The translations under genes and the position numbers were made by a program. A DNA stretch of 58,418 bases, counting the filler, from Ionaspis alba (lineage: Eukaryota), in assembly GCA_964255285.1 (NCBI GenBank). It is 6 parts of 6 records of this genome, joined end to end, with 100 filler letters (N's around TTAATTAATTAA, not from the genome) between each part and the next. Parts side by side here need not be neighbours in the genome. Positions count along the whole stretch, not along the records: positions 9,773 to 19,436 come from CAXUUL010000656.1; positions 19,537 to 29,196 come from CAXUUL010000657.1; 4 more parts are not named here. One strand, 5' to 3'. Under the pieces are notes generated by a model, which was not told the origin of the DNA, made no database searches, and saw only the letters and a list, made by a program, of their open reading frames with translations. The stretch's first letter is position 1, and each line of letters starts with the position of its first letter. Shown in pieces: positions 10,390 to 23,250 of the stretch.

Positions 10390-13266
10390 TCACTGTCCAC
10401 CCACCGCCCCACTAACACTCCTCTTCTGCTCCGGCGTCATCCCCTTCACAGGCGCATGGAAATTCTGCACCTGCGGACTGGGCGACAGATGCGCAATCGG
10501 TGGCATGATAGCCGTGCTAGCGATGCTGTGAGCTGAAGGCGGACGTGGGGGACTGTTCTTTGAGGGCGAGAGGCCTGAAAGTGGGGCTTGAGGAGTTTGT
10601 GTTGGGGGTGGGATGACGGGACTGGATGAGTGCTGGAGAGATGCTGTTGGGGGTGAGGGATGAGGATTCTTGGCGGGGGAGTAACCGGGTTGTGTAGAGG
10701 AGGCTGAGCGATGGGGTGGTAGGCCGTTTGTGTGGGGCGTGGCGGATAGTTGTGGTGGGAAGGCCAAAGGACCGAGCTCGGCATTGCCTTGTGGGGGCGA
10801 CATTGACGGGCGGGATTTCACGGGTGGAGGGAGATTGTAGTTGGAGTGAGAGGATGTAGGGCGTTGCTTCTCGAATGTGTTGGTGAAGGGGTTTTGTGAT
10901 TGGTAGGGGGGATTTGAGAGAGTTGGTGGTTCTGGTGTTGAATATTGCTGTTGGTACGGCGGATGTCCATTGGAATGAGCAGTACCGATCTGACCATGAT
11001 CAGCGCGTCCCTGGCCGTTTGAAGCCGAGATGTGTGACTTTGCCGTGTATTGGGCCATGCTCGAAACACTTTGCTTGTACCCGTTGCTGTAAGCAGCAGG
11101 ACGAACAGGCGAAGCAAGTCCTGGGGGTGGAACGTCCGAGTGTCCATTAACACCCTGTGCAGGAGGTAGTTGGCCTTGAGGTGAAAGAGTAGGACCATGC
11201 ATGATGGTGTGATGCATGCTGCTCACGGGTGGTTGTCCATTATTGATCACACCATTCTGTGCTGACGTAGGACCTGATAGCTTGAACTTCTTGCTTGGTG
11301 GCAGAACCTGCTTCCCATCTGAACCATCCACAGATTTCCGCTTCACAGGCTTGTGATCACTGCTGCCGTTTACTTGAGCTGGCTTATCTGACGTTGGCGA
11401 CATCGGAGACCCAAGCCGTATCTTTAGATTTGTCTTTTTGGTTTGTCCATTGGTATAAGCCAACTGCTCCGATGGTGGAGAAGATGATGGACCCAATCGG
11501 AACTTCAGGGTCGGGATCTTTGGTTTCTTTGCATCTTCCTCTCTCTGCTTGCAGTCGCTGCAGATAAAGTGGAAGTTGTCCTTTTCAGCCTCGTCTTGAG
11601 AAATACCGAGACATGCACTATGCTGCCAAACATTGCACTTCTCGCAAGCAACACTGTGAGCTCCGTCGTCCTATCTACGATTAGCAGATCATCCTTGGCT
11701 CACGTTAGGAAGGATATACTGACAATGTTCTCCCCATGCACGCCACACTTTGCACAATCGAAGATCCATTCGTCTTCCTGAGCAAGCTCCTCTAGCTCTC
11801 TTTTCTTCTTTTCCATCTCAGCCTTGAGATGTCTCTCCGACATCCTAGCTTCCCCAGTCTCCAGCTTCTTGCTGTCCTCAGACAGATTCGCCAGCTCTTC
11901 TTCATGTAGGAGACGCTTGTATTCGCGCTCCTTGACTCTCTGCTCTCGAGTCATCATACGTGACTGTCGAGCGTCCTCCATCTGCTTCTGGCGTTCGGCG
12001 TCCTTCTTAGCGGCAATCAAGTCGGCCAGTCTCTTCTTTTCTGCCGCTGCAGCTTCCGCCTCTTCTCTTTCTCTCTCTTGTTTGCCCGCAATTCTGCTCG
12101 ACCTCTTCGCAGTCGCCAGCTTCTCGAGGTTCATCAATTCCCTCTCCCGGCGTGCAATCTTCTTCTGTCTGTCTTCCTCAACTTTCTCAATCACGGGTAG
12201 GACCTCCTTCGATAACCGGTTGTAGAGAACCTTCTCATCGACATCCCTGCTCTTCCTGATTGTCCCTAGGAAACTATGGTATTCTTCCAGCGTAACGGCA
12301 AGGCATTCCCATTTCCGTCCACCTAAACCATCATCCTCTTCATGACTATTTGTCTCCGACTGGCCAGCATTCCCATCCTGCCCATCAACTTTGGCCTCTT
12401 CCTCTTCCTCGGATACCCTTCTCCTCTTACTTGCTCTTGCAGCTGCCTTACCGGCCTTCGACTTGGCCTTCGGCTTTGCTTGGGGTTTCGGGGGTGGAGG
12501 AGGGACGGGGGGATCTGTTCGACGATACAGTCGGTTGTCATCTAGGACAAAGTAGAGACGTTCCTCCTTATCATAACCAAGCTCTTCCATACGCTGTAAC
12601 GTATTGTGTTAGCAAACCCGCAGCTAGAGATTAGTGTACGATCTTACCCATTGCGTCTGTTCTGTGTCCTTCGTCTCTGCCATTTTCTCTCTCATACGCT
12701 CTGCATTCCCGAGAGTCCACTGTGACAGCTGGACTAGTACTCGCAGTTTTGTAAAGATGTCGAAGTCGGCAAATTTATTCGGCACCTCTTCGACTCCGTA
12801 AGGATTGCGGAGGGGAGCCTTAGCCACATATTGTCGTCGCGTGTACTCATCAAATATGTCTGGTCTGGTTTATCACTTCAGCATCGATTTGCAGCACTAC
12901 TCTGGATGTAGACTCACGTCAAACCTCGATGCGACGAAACAAACTTGAGAAGGCACAAGCCAATCTCAGCCAATTTCTCGGAAGGCGTCGGCTTGAGGCA
13001 TTCAGCTTCGAGATCCTATGCATAATTTCATATATATAAGCATTCACCACTAGGATAAGTCTTAAGACGGGCTCTTGGAAGGGGGCACGGCGTGAAAGTA
13101 CCTCTATGTCGAAATCATCATCTATTTTGACAGCCTTGCCAAAGATGAAAATGTATTGCATGATATTTGCAAACTCCCACATGTTCCGAAGTCGAGTGAG
13201 CAAGCCAGGTTCAGGTGTAGGCTCAGACGACTCCATCTCCGCCCTCCCACGCTTTCGTGATACCAT
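10390..13266 (-). CDS. PHD-finger chromatin protein with WHIM-like motifs (RSF1/ISWI-accessory-like), multi-exon
   Basis: LRNMWEFANIMQYI N-terminus; TKLRVLVQLSQW (WHIM1-like); LGYDKEERLYFVLDDNRLY and WECLAVTLEEY (WHIM2/3-like); coiled coil; spliced PHD finger DCAKCGVHGENI|DDGAHSVACEKCNVWQHSACLG...FICSDC; Pro/Ser-rich tail; about 4 introns. Confidence 0.85.
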
Positions 13267-13790
13267 CGTGACGATGCTCCTTGCGGAGCGTTGAAGGCGA
13301 TATTGGTTTGCAGCTATGAATCAGACAAGACACTATGATGAATGAAAACAGAGTAATGTCTTAGCGAGTTTTCAAAGAAGTGTAGAATAATGGTGGTTGG
13401 AGGGAGTACGAATTGTAGTTTGGGTTGTGATGTTCGTGTCTATGATCAAAAGTGAGTGATCGCGTCGCCGAAGCTGGAAGACCCCATATTCAAGGGTGTT
13501 GACGCTAGCTTGTTTTAGCTCAGCCTTATTGACGTCCTATTCATGCTTGCTGTGATTCCACAATGGTATGGACCACGATGATACAATAGTAGCGAAATCA
13601 ACGAGCAGCGTATCTATCAATGGCTGCTATGGCTAATCTTAGTGCTCTGTACTCATTGAGTTATTCACTAATTGCCCTTTCATTTACGTGGACCATGACT
13701 CGTGGGGTAACTAGTGGTCTCCAACTGGTCCCTGCCTTTAAGTTGGCCACGAAAAACCGAAAATGATCTGATGATCCAAATATATGAACC

Positions 13791-14696
13791 TCAGGACAGC
13801 AAGTAAAATGGTTTTTCCCGCTGGGTTGGCATCTCGTCTACTCCTTCACTTGTCCAACTCTTTCTCTCTTCGCTGGTGACCTCCCTCGGTTTCCTCCAAG
13901 CGGCTTTCATGCGATCTACCCATAGTCCCTCGACATCCCTCTCCTGTTCCTCTCTTTTCCGAATGCTGTAATCATACAGTCCTCTTAACCTCCCCAAGCA
14001 GACCACATAGACTCCAAGAGTCCACAGATCATAATCTGGACGGCCCTTAACAACAACCCTCAAATGGAAGGCACGAAGGCCGGTGCACTCGTCGGCCAGC
14101 ATAAACCAAGCCATATTGACATCATCGGACCAACTGTCTTTCCTGTGGATTCTATCGAGCGCAATTGTAAGAGTCCGGATAGCACGACGTCGAGAAATCG
14201 GCAGATCTCTCAGCCAGTCACGAAGTGTAATCCCCGCGGACAGAACAGTGGGAATCTTAATTGTTGAGTCATAAGAGCTCATGGTGCCCTTTGGAGGATC
14301 CGATGTTATGTAAAAGTGGTTGATTTGGTAGAACATCGACGCTGCCTCATCATTGATCTGCCGGCAAACAAGCAGTAGGTGGAGTTTGAAGACAGGTGGA
14401 GCTGTGTTCCGAGATGGGCGGCCCTTGCATTTCTTCCAGATATCTTTGCTTCCTTTTGCTAATACCTTCCAAGAGCTGCGGAGCGTACTTCGGAAATGAA
14501 TATCCTGCAATTCAGGCTGAGAGTGTCTTTTGGAGACTATACGCACATGAGATGGTTGGCGTAGGACGAGCTCGTAGATGATCAAACGGAGCTCTACAGG
14601 GATATTGAGAAGCTTGCTTTCACAGGTGATTATGGGAGCTTCTGCTTCATGGGGAGAAAACGGTTCTAGAATAGAGGACGCTGGAGTAGGAGACAT
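13791..14696 (-). CDS. Fungal hypothetical protein with an N-terminal F-box-like motif
   Basis: SKLLNIPVELRLIIYELVL and LLLVCRQINDEAASMFYQINHF are typical of this large fungal family; likely ATG at 14696; no introns needed. Confidence 0.7.
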   Translation of the reverse strand: MSPTPASSILEPFSPHEAEAPIITCESKLLNIPVELRLIIYELVLRQPSHVRIVSKRHSQPELQDIHFRSTLRSSWKVLAKGSKDIWKKCKGRPSRNTAPPVFKLHLLLVCRQINDEAASMFYQINHFYITSDPPKGTMSSYDSTIKIPTVLSAGITLRDWLRDLPISRRRAIRTLTIALDRIHRKDSWSDDVNMAWFMLADECTGLRAFHLRVVVKGRPDYDLWTLGVYVVCLGRLRGLYDYSIRKREEQERDVEGLWVDRMKAAWRKPREVTSEERKSWTSEGVDEMPTQREKPFYLLS

Positions 14697-15724
14697 GATT
14701 TCTTGAACCAATTGAGGGAAGTTAAGACCAGTATCCACCCTTCGGCGCCCATCAACGTTTATTCGGTGGACAATGCGTATGTGTCTCAGGGGAGAAGCAC
14801 AGGCTATGATAGTGACAGCGGAGGGTGGATACGGAGATAATGTGGGGCAAAGATTCGAGCAAACTGAAATCTGGAATGCATGCGAGGTACGAGCAAAAAT
14901 TAAGGGCATATAGAAATGGACTTTGACATTCAATGAACACAAATATATCGGAAGATATCCCCTACTCACACCATTGAAATTCAATATAAACTTTCAAGAC
15001 TGTATCATTTTACATTGGTCTCGAGGTATTGTCGGTAATAAAAATGGATCGTCGTAGAAGTAGTAAGTACGCTACAAACACCCACAACTCTATGTCTAAC
15101 TCCGAATCAGACTACTTCCTAAGCCTCATCCATCCACTCTCCAACTCCATCAAAGTAGAATCCCTCAATCATCTCTGGGCAGAATTCTAGCGGTAGCTGG
15201 ACCACTGGGCTGGAGCTAGGAGTTACGAAGAAACTTCGACCAGTTCAAGATCTCTGCTGATCGACAGTCAGCTGATGCTGTCTGCTTGATGACACATGAT
15301 GGAGAGAAAATAACGATTGGTGGACTTGTAAAACACGTTAGTATTCCCCGCGTACATGAATCGTCTGCTGGAGGAGGTGAACAGCATGGGGAGGGGTCAA
15401 GATGTCGTACAGTAGAGTCAGACATGTTCAAGGCAAATACAATCAGAGAAAGGGTACATGTAAGAGAGTAGTACACTCCATAGATTCTCTCAAACGAAGG
15501 AAAACATGAAGGAAGGCCTTCTCCCATCCCGATGTCTATGGACTCACGAAGAATGCATACCTCACTTGAAATGAACACACACTTAGGAAATTTGCTTCAT
15601 TACGCTCCAGCCTGAAAAACATGATCTTGAAGAAAATCCTTGTGTATAATAGTATAAAGACGCAGAATTGTACAACTCGAGGTCGATCCTAAAGATGGAT
15701 GTATATAATGCATAGCATGCAAGT

Positions 15725-18295
15725 CTATTGCTTCTGTACCACTCCTGCCTCGTTCGCCTGCGCGGTGATCCTCTTCTTGTAAGCCTTTACGTCTCCTGGG
15801 AACTTTTCCACCATTCCGTCATCACAAACCCAGAGACTGGTACAAACAGTCTGTAGCATGGTCACGTCGTGAGACACCATCAATACACCGCCCTGAAAGT
15901 TTCGGAGAGCAAGCGATAGCGCGTCCATGGCTTCAATATCTAGATGATTGGAAGGTTCATCGAGAACAAGAATGTGAGGATTGGTGAGAGACAAGCAAGC
16001 GAATGCGACACGAGATTTCTGGCCACCGGAGAGGAGGGCCATCTTCTGCAGACCAGTCATACCGGTTATGCCGAAGCTAGGAGAGTTAGCTAATGCTTCC
16101 TGAAATGGGCTACTGATATGCTTACGCTCCAAGATGCCGACGGTACTCTTCGTCGACCTTTCCAGGAAAGTTCTTGGCCATGAAACCAACAGCGCTGGCA
16201 TTCATGTCCAAGGCATCGACGTGATGCTGGGCGAAATAACCAACCCTAAGTCGTGGATTCTGCGAAATGAGACCCGAAGTAGGCTGCAACGCTCCGATCA
16301 ACAATCTCAAGACCGTCGTCTTACCAGCACCATTAGGACCGACAATCCCTATTCGCGAATCTAGTTGAACGTCTAGATCCACGTGCCTGAGAAGGATTTT
16401 GTCAGGAGTAAAGCCAAACGACACATCGGTCATCTGGATTATCGGAGGAGAAAGCTTCTCAACGTCGGGAAACTTGAAGTGAACGGTATACTCGCTCTCT
16501 GGAGGTTGAAGAACTGGCATCTTTTCCAACTTCTTGATTCGGGATTGAGCTTCGGAGGACTTTGCGGCATTGTACCGGAACTTGTCGATGAAGGTCTGGA
16601 GATGGGCCCGTTGAACCATTTGGTTCTCGTACTCGCGCTTGGCAGTCTTCCTCCGCTCCTCCTTCGTGTTATAGAACGAATCTTTTTGAGTAAGCAATGT
16701 CTATACAGAAACGGAGACTATTGCATACCGAAATCAGCGCCTTTATAGTAGTCCAGCCTCTCTGAGTGCTGATGTATAATGTCTGTTGCTACTTCATTCA
16801 GGAACGCTCGGTCGTGAGATACGACAAGTAGGGTACTAGGGTAAGACTGGAGGTAGTTTGACAAGAAAGTGATAGATGGGACGTCCAACATGTTCGACGG
16901 TTCTAAACGTTGTCAGCCATAGATTGACATGGTGAGATTAAGGGTAGTCTACCGTCAAGCAGCAGCAAGTCAGGTTCGCAAAATAGAGCTCTGGCTAGGG
17001 CCAATCTCATTCTCCATCCTCCTGAGAAGGTCTTGGTAGCAAAATGCTGACGCTCTTCAGAAAAACCAAGACCAGCTAGAATGCTTGCTGCCCGAGACTC
17101 GGCCTTGTCCGACTCCATTTCAGACAATTTGGAATGTATATCACCGAGAGTCGTGTCAAGTCCCTCACGTTCTCTATCAAGCTTCTCCGCTTCAGTGCTC
17201 CGATCGGCCATCGATGACCGGTCCACCTCCATCTGCGCCAACTGCTTGGAAATTTTCTGCAGAGCTTTCAGTATCAAGATCAATAAATGTTTTGGGAAAA
17301 CTCTCTGCCTACCTCCTGTTCTGCGAGGAGATGCTTTCGCCAAACGTCTGCGTCCAGCACAGCTTGCAAGGCTGGAGTATCATCTCCAGTAATCTGTCAC
17401 AAGCATCAGCTTTCAGGCCAAATTCTAAGAGCTCTAATAGCTCGCGTACCTCCTGTTCGACATGTAGAATCGAAATGTGGGTTGGAATAGCCAATTCTCT
17501 TCTACTCAGAGCCCGTAGCAAAGTACTCTTACCAATACCGTTCTGCCCAACCAGACCATACCGCCGACCATAGGCCAGCGTCAGGGAAGTATCTGTCAGT
17601 ATTCGAAGACCACCAATAGACACATCGACGCCATCGACCTTGATGTCCTTGCTCTTGGACGACTGATCGGAGCCAAGTTGGAGAGGATTGACAGCCATAA
17701 AGAACTCCTCGTAAGACTGAGTCTCATCTGGCTGATCAAGCAGCCTGGAGGCTTCATACTCGACATTTTTCATAACCTTACGGTCCTGCTTTGCCCGAAT
17801 CTTCTGCTCGGCCTTTTGGAGCTTCTTTCTGTCGACACGTGACTCCACCTTTCTGGAGTTTGCGGACTCAAGATCAACGCCGCCAGCTGCAAGACCAAGA
17901 GTAGAAGACATGTTGCGCTGAGCACCGACTTGGATTGAGTGGTCAAGCTTCCTTACGCTATTTGCCATCTGCCTCTTCTCCCCATCGACGCCATTTGCCG
18001 CACTAAGCTTGGAGATGAACTTGTCCACGAGATTACGGATCGAAGTAGCATTTTGATCAGACGGATCTCCCGATGCACTGACTAAAAGAGCAGTGATAGT
18101 ATCTGCTGCCTCTGAGAGTGGCGATTGTGCGCTGGGATCCGTATCCGACACATATTGATTTGCGGCAAAACTTAGATATCCCTTGGTTCAGTCAACATAT
18201 ATACTCATGGTGACCTTCATGATACCTCTTACTGCAGAATACTCAGAGATAACCTGATCGATGCCAGGAATCTGAGCTCTGATTTCGGCCTCCAT
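15725..18295 (-). CDS. GCN20: ABCF-family ATPase Gcn20 (ABCF3), multi-exon
   Basis: [13 protein letters not shown] start; [73 protein letters not shown]-terminal extension typical of Gcn20. Confidence 0.95.
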
Positions 18296-18933
18296 GTTTG
18301 CAGATAGAAATGTAGAGTTCAATCATTCAAAAGCCGACCAAATGTTAGCCGTGACAAGGATTCCCACTCGTACCCGGACACGACCGAGATCGCCCCTAAG
18401 CCACCCACACTAGGCGAAAAATAGTTGGCGCACTCCCTGTGAAATCTGCCTGGACAGGTGTCCCGTGCCACCTAAGACTGTCACATCGGGTGAGTTGCGT
18501 TTAGGGAGCTACGGATGTTGGCAGGGATTTGTCGTCGGTATTAAGTACGATGATATGGAACTCTTTGACTATACGCAGTTGATCCTGACAATACCATCTC
18601 CATCTTTTCAATGGTGGGTTGTCTTGGACTACAATAACAGTCATTAAATAAATCAGGATTGATTCCTCTAGCACCTGGACCGGCACTTTGAGCCATTAGA
18701 AAATGTGAAAATAGGTCCCAGAACCGCGAACGCCTTGTTGATTATTCCCAGTCTCCTGCAAAGATACACCATTCCATCCCACCGTGAAATCCCACCGAAG
18801 ACCACACTGTCTCTCCTCAATTTCCTATCAACTCGCAGCTCCTTTCCGATCCCGGGTTCTCTATTCGGCGTTCCTTGCTCTTATCCCTCTACGCTTAAGA
18901 ACCTGCCCTTTCCTACACCCCTCTGGCGTTTTC

Positions 18934-19436
18934 CTACTCCATCTCATCCGGAAGCGTGGCAGCTTTCCCACCGGCAGTCCCCGCCAGCGCCGCCAATAGC
19001 GCTTTCAGTTCGTCCTCCGTCTGCTGCAACTCGGTGTCCAAAGGCGCCTGTCCTACACCCGTAGCAAGCGGCACAGATGGCGTCGATACCGGCACACTCA
19101 CCATCGAGGGCACCACCGTAGGTGGAGATACAGCGACTGAGGGTGTAGTGATAGGGACTGGTGCTGCTGTCGGTACAGAAGGCCCGAGTGGGAGTGCAGT
19201 GGACGGTACGGGAACCTTAGGTGTTGGGAAGGCGGGTCCGGCCACGGGTGGAGGGATTGTTGCTCCAATGCTGGTGGATAGGCTAGTAGAGAAGGAGAAT
19301 GATGGTGTCGGGAGCGTAGTTGTTGTATCGGGGAATGCTGGAGGTGTAGGCGTTGCGACGGGAGGGAGGCCGCCCGTCACGTTCGGGATGGCGGACGGAG
19401 TGGGTATGCCTGGGACAGCAGGTCCGGCAGGCACGC
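18934..19436 (-). CDS. C-terminal part of a Pro/Thr/Ser-rich, probably cell-surface or secreted protein (5' end missing)
   Basis: Frame open from the contig edge; P/T/S/V-rich mucin-like composition followed by a short helical tail. Confidence 0.55.
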
Positions 19437-19536
19437 NNNNNNNNNNNNNNNNNNNNNNNNNNNNNNNNNNNNNNNNNNNNTTAATTAATTAANNNNNNNN
19501 NNNNNNNNNNNNNNNNNNNNNNNNNNNNNNNNNNNN
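19437..19536. other. Artificial contig linker
   Basis: N44-TTAATTAATTAA-N44. Confidence 0.98.
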
Positions 19537-19739
19537 GTATCAGATTAGGATATCGATGAAACCAGACTGTAGAATGGCCCCCATGAAGGGGCTGCACTAT
19601 TCTGTAAGGAAGTGTTCGTTACTTAACACACGGTGCGATCAATTTGCCCGTACTCTTGGCCAAGAAATGTGCTAAGAAGTAGATAGCTGTTCTATCTGCT
19701 GCTGATGTTATTTTTTGACTTTGTTATGTGACTGCTCAT

Positions 19740-20114
19740 TTGCCTCAGTTCTCAGATCCTACACAACGTACACGCTGTGTAGAGTCTAAGACCAAACTAG
19801 CGAAAAATCCGTGAACTTCAAGTATGTCGTGTATAATCGGCGTAATTTAGATCACGATATCAAAATTGAAAATAATAACGTTACATCGCGAGATAATATA
19901 CGACAACGATATATATTTGATTATATATAATACGTAGAATATATTAAAAATCGTTAAATCTCGCCCCGAGCGCAACTTTTATTCGATTAAATATAAAATT
20001 AATAAAGATATTGTATTGCAAAATTAATAAAATTCACGAGATTTTCGCTAATATGATCTCAGACGGGAGGGAGACTACTTTTTTAGTCTACCACTTGTCT
20101 AAGAGCTGAGGCAA
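19740..20114. mobile_element. Non-autonomous DNA transposon (MITE), Mutator-like by its 9-bp TSD
   Basis: Direct repeat ACTGCTCAT at 19731-19739 and 20115-20123; terminal IR TTGCCTCAGTTCTCAGA vs reverse complement TTGCCTCAGCTCTTAGA; second ~35 bp subterminal IR (GTCTAAGACCAAACTAGCGAAAAATCCGTGAACTT vs rc GTCTGAGATCATATTAGCGAAAATCTCGTGAATTT); AT-rich core with no ORF. Confidence 0.85.
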
Positions 20115-20402
20115 ACTGCTCATGCTGGATCGAAGAGGGCTCCTTTCTTGCACGGCTCGACAGACAGCCGAGGTCCAGGAAACCCGCACCCCATTCCATG
20201 GCCTTACTACCTGCTCCTACCATCATGGCCTCAGCTCTACCAACATATCATGGTTCCCTTTCTTTTTTCTTCCTCGGTATCACGCTGAAGCAGGCTTCGC
20301 ATAGATAAAGATTGATCTTTCTTCCAATCCGGAAAATATTGTTATTGATTCATACAATCTTTTAGGTGCTACAAGTCGAACCTCACTAATCTAGTAGCCA
20401 AC

Positions 20403-21353
20403 ATGGCTCAGCACGACATTCCCTCTTTTCATAGCTTTCTAATCACCTTTCCCCAAGATTTTGTCGCCCATGTCCAGATCAACAGACCGGACAAGTTGAA
20501 TGCTTTCTTCGAAGGGTGAGTTTTGCGCACTCCCCAATTTACAGGCTTCTAACAGGATGTCAGCATGTGGCTTGAACTCCGTAAAGTTTTCGACACCCTT
20601 TCACATTCAGCTTCTGTCAGAACCATTGTGCTCAGTGGATCCGGGCCAAAGGCCTTCACGACAGGCCTCGACGTGCAAGCTGCATCACAATCAGGAGTCC
20701 TCAATCAATCTGGCGACACAGCCATTGATGGTGCCCGTGCTGCAGCTGGTATCCGGCGCCATATTGCAGAATTTCAAGATTGTATAACGGCTATTGAACG
20801 ATGCGAAAAGCCCGTGGTATGTGTTATGCACGGCTATACATACGGTCTTGGTATCGATATTTCGACTTGCGCAGATGTCAGAATATGTTCGAGGGACACA
20901 CGCTTCGCGGTCAAGGAGGTGGATATTGGGCTCGCAGCTGATATTGGGACGTTGAGTAGGCTGCCCAAGGTCGTTGGTAATCATAGCTGGGTGAAAGACG
21001 TCTCGTTGTCAGCCAGAATATTTGGAGCCGAGGAAGCCCTCAAGGTCGGATTCGTCAGTGGTGTTTTTTCTGGGAAGGAACAGGCAGTGGAAGAGGGAAT
21101 TCGATGGGCATCTTTGGTGGCCGAAAAAAGTCCAGTTGCCGTTCAAGGAACAAAAGAATTGCTGAATTGGTCGAGAGATCACAGCATCAGAGACGGTCAG
21201 GGATAGATACATCCCCAGCTATAGACTCACTAACATGGGACAGGGCTTCGATACACCGGTGTCTGGAATAGTGCCGCTCTGCAATCGAGTGATGTCTCCA
21301 ATGCCATGTTAGCTGGCATGCAGAAAAAGAAACCCACATTTGAGAAGTTGTGA
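20403..21353 (+). CDS. ECH1: Delta(3,5)-Delta(2,4)-dienoyl-CoA isomerase (crotonase family)
   Basis: VAHVQINRPDKLNAF, AFTTGLDV, EKPVVCVMHG...GLGID, VKEVDIGLAADIGTLSRLPKVVG, KSPVAVQGTKELLNWSRDH, C-terminal KPTFEKL*; two introns. Confidence 0.92.
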
Positions 21354-22706
21354 CGGGTACTCTAGTCTCGGATCATGTCTTATGCCCATTCCTGTCTTTT
21401 CTTCCCTTCGGAACTGGATATACCATTGATACTAAATGGCGGGCAAATTTCGAAGCAAAGTTGGATTTTCTAGCGGTTAGGAAGCATCGTTTTATAGCTT
21501 GTTATTTGGTTATCGAACCCTGGCCACTCAATTATCCTGTTAAACTGGGCAACCGGTTTAGCTATGCTACCCGTTTCACCGCATCATCTGATCGCCTTTC
21601 AGTCTGCTGCTGCATCTCTACCATTGCTTACGTGTTTGCCTCTCCTTTTGTTCTGAAAGATAACGCCTCTTCCGGTCGCCGTCTCAAACTCCTTCCTTCA
21701 TAGAGCAATGGTCAGCATCTTCTATCTGGCCATGAGCGAGCCGTTCTGGTAGAGTGCAACACAGCTTGATTCGGATACCTGTGATACACTCAGGGCATTG
21801 AGCCACCCGTGAACCGTTCGCAGACAGGAACTGATACCGAGTCTAACGTTATTATGAAAATGCCCTTGAACTGGTTTGCGAAGAATACCTTGACGCAGTG
21901 TATACTGAAATGACTTACGACGTTGTATTCACCATCGTTTCTTGGCGGCGGTACCAACCCATCTCGGCCCAGGAGTGCCTCTAACTTTTCCATAAGCACT
22001 CAAGTATGGTTGCAGAGATTTGCTGCTTGTGGCTGTGGACACAACCACGAAAGATATCAGTGCGCAGGATATGATAATCGCTCCTCTTACGGCTTCATAG
22101 TACGGTGCAGATTTCATTGAGTAAGCCTCCACGTCATCCTGAGGATATCTGCGTTCTCCGGATTCTTTCTGGAATTTCAGACGAACCCAAAACTAATGAT
22201 GCCTTTCTAACCAAAGATCAGGCTAGTTGCCAATTGCAATCCAATTCGATATAATAGCTGTTGCTCTCAAGCTACGGTAGGAAATTTGAAGACGCAAGTT
22301 ATAGCAGGCATTTTTAGAACAAAACCCAGAGAGCAGACTTCGGGAGCAAGTCGTCGGCTCATCGCGTCACGGTTATATTCCGATATCTTGTGCGGTAATC
22401 TAACCCTATCTCCCATAACCCAGCCGATGATTGTTGATGCCAAAGACCGACTGTCCTGCGAGCTTTAATCGACACTACGAACAGACGGCTCGCCAAGCTT
22501 TGCACGAGGAAGTCCTTAACGCTGCACTTTGGACGATCGGCCTCCTCTTCTTAAGACTGAGGCACATTTTCAGTGACTGCAAGACGATTCTAAAAGCATA
22601 ACAGCCGAGCCTCTTCCACCTGATCTTGTTGTATAGCTGGTCGGAAAACACGGTGACAATTTCTTCCCAGCCCTCTCGCCGAATGCTCGACCTGTCGAGC
22701 TCACGA

Positions 22707-22806
22707 NNNNNNNNNNNNNNNNNNNNNNNNNNNNNNNNNNNNNNNNNNNNNNNNNNNNNNNNNNNNNNNNNNNNNNNNNNNNNNNNNNNNNNNNNNNNNN
22801 NNNNNN
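22707..22806. other. 100-N scaffold gap with 22-bp duplicated flank
   Basis: GCTCGACCTGTCGAGCTCACGA occurs immediately before (22685-22706) and after (22807-22828) the gap. Confidence 0.9.
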
Positions 22807-23250
22807 GCTCGACCTGTCGAGCTCACGAACGTTTCCGAAGGCACAGATACCGTCTTGCGAAATGATAGTGGTCTACTTGGTAGCGAAATGTAGAGAACTC
22901 GGGTGAGTGTAGATCGAGAAGATGGTACTTGCGGGAACAAGTTGTGGAGAACCAAGGAAGTCTGGGATGATTTCTTAGATCAGCAAAGCGAGCCGAGAGA
23001 GAATCCTTCTTGCTTCCAAAGGCTTGGACAGCGTCTGCACAGCATAATTTGATGCGTGGCGTAAACTGGTCGTGTTGGGATAACAAACGAACGCGGATGA
23101 TTTACTGCTCGTAGAAAAAGAAGAATACGGGCTATTCGTTCTAGCAAGTCGTCGAAATACCATTGCCGGCGTGCGATAGGCTCTTCTTGACCATTCATTC
23201 AGACAAAAAAGCCAGTGCACAAAATCAGGAAGACGAACCAAACTTAAATT

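Noticed and set aside
21342..21365. Stop-codon readthrough (TGA-CGG) creating a cryptic PTS1 on ECH1
   Set aside because: The extension would end RVL, not a PTS1; the native EKL end is usual for fungal orthologs
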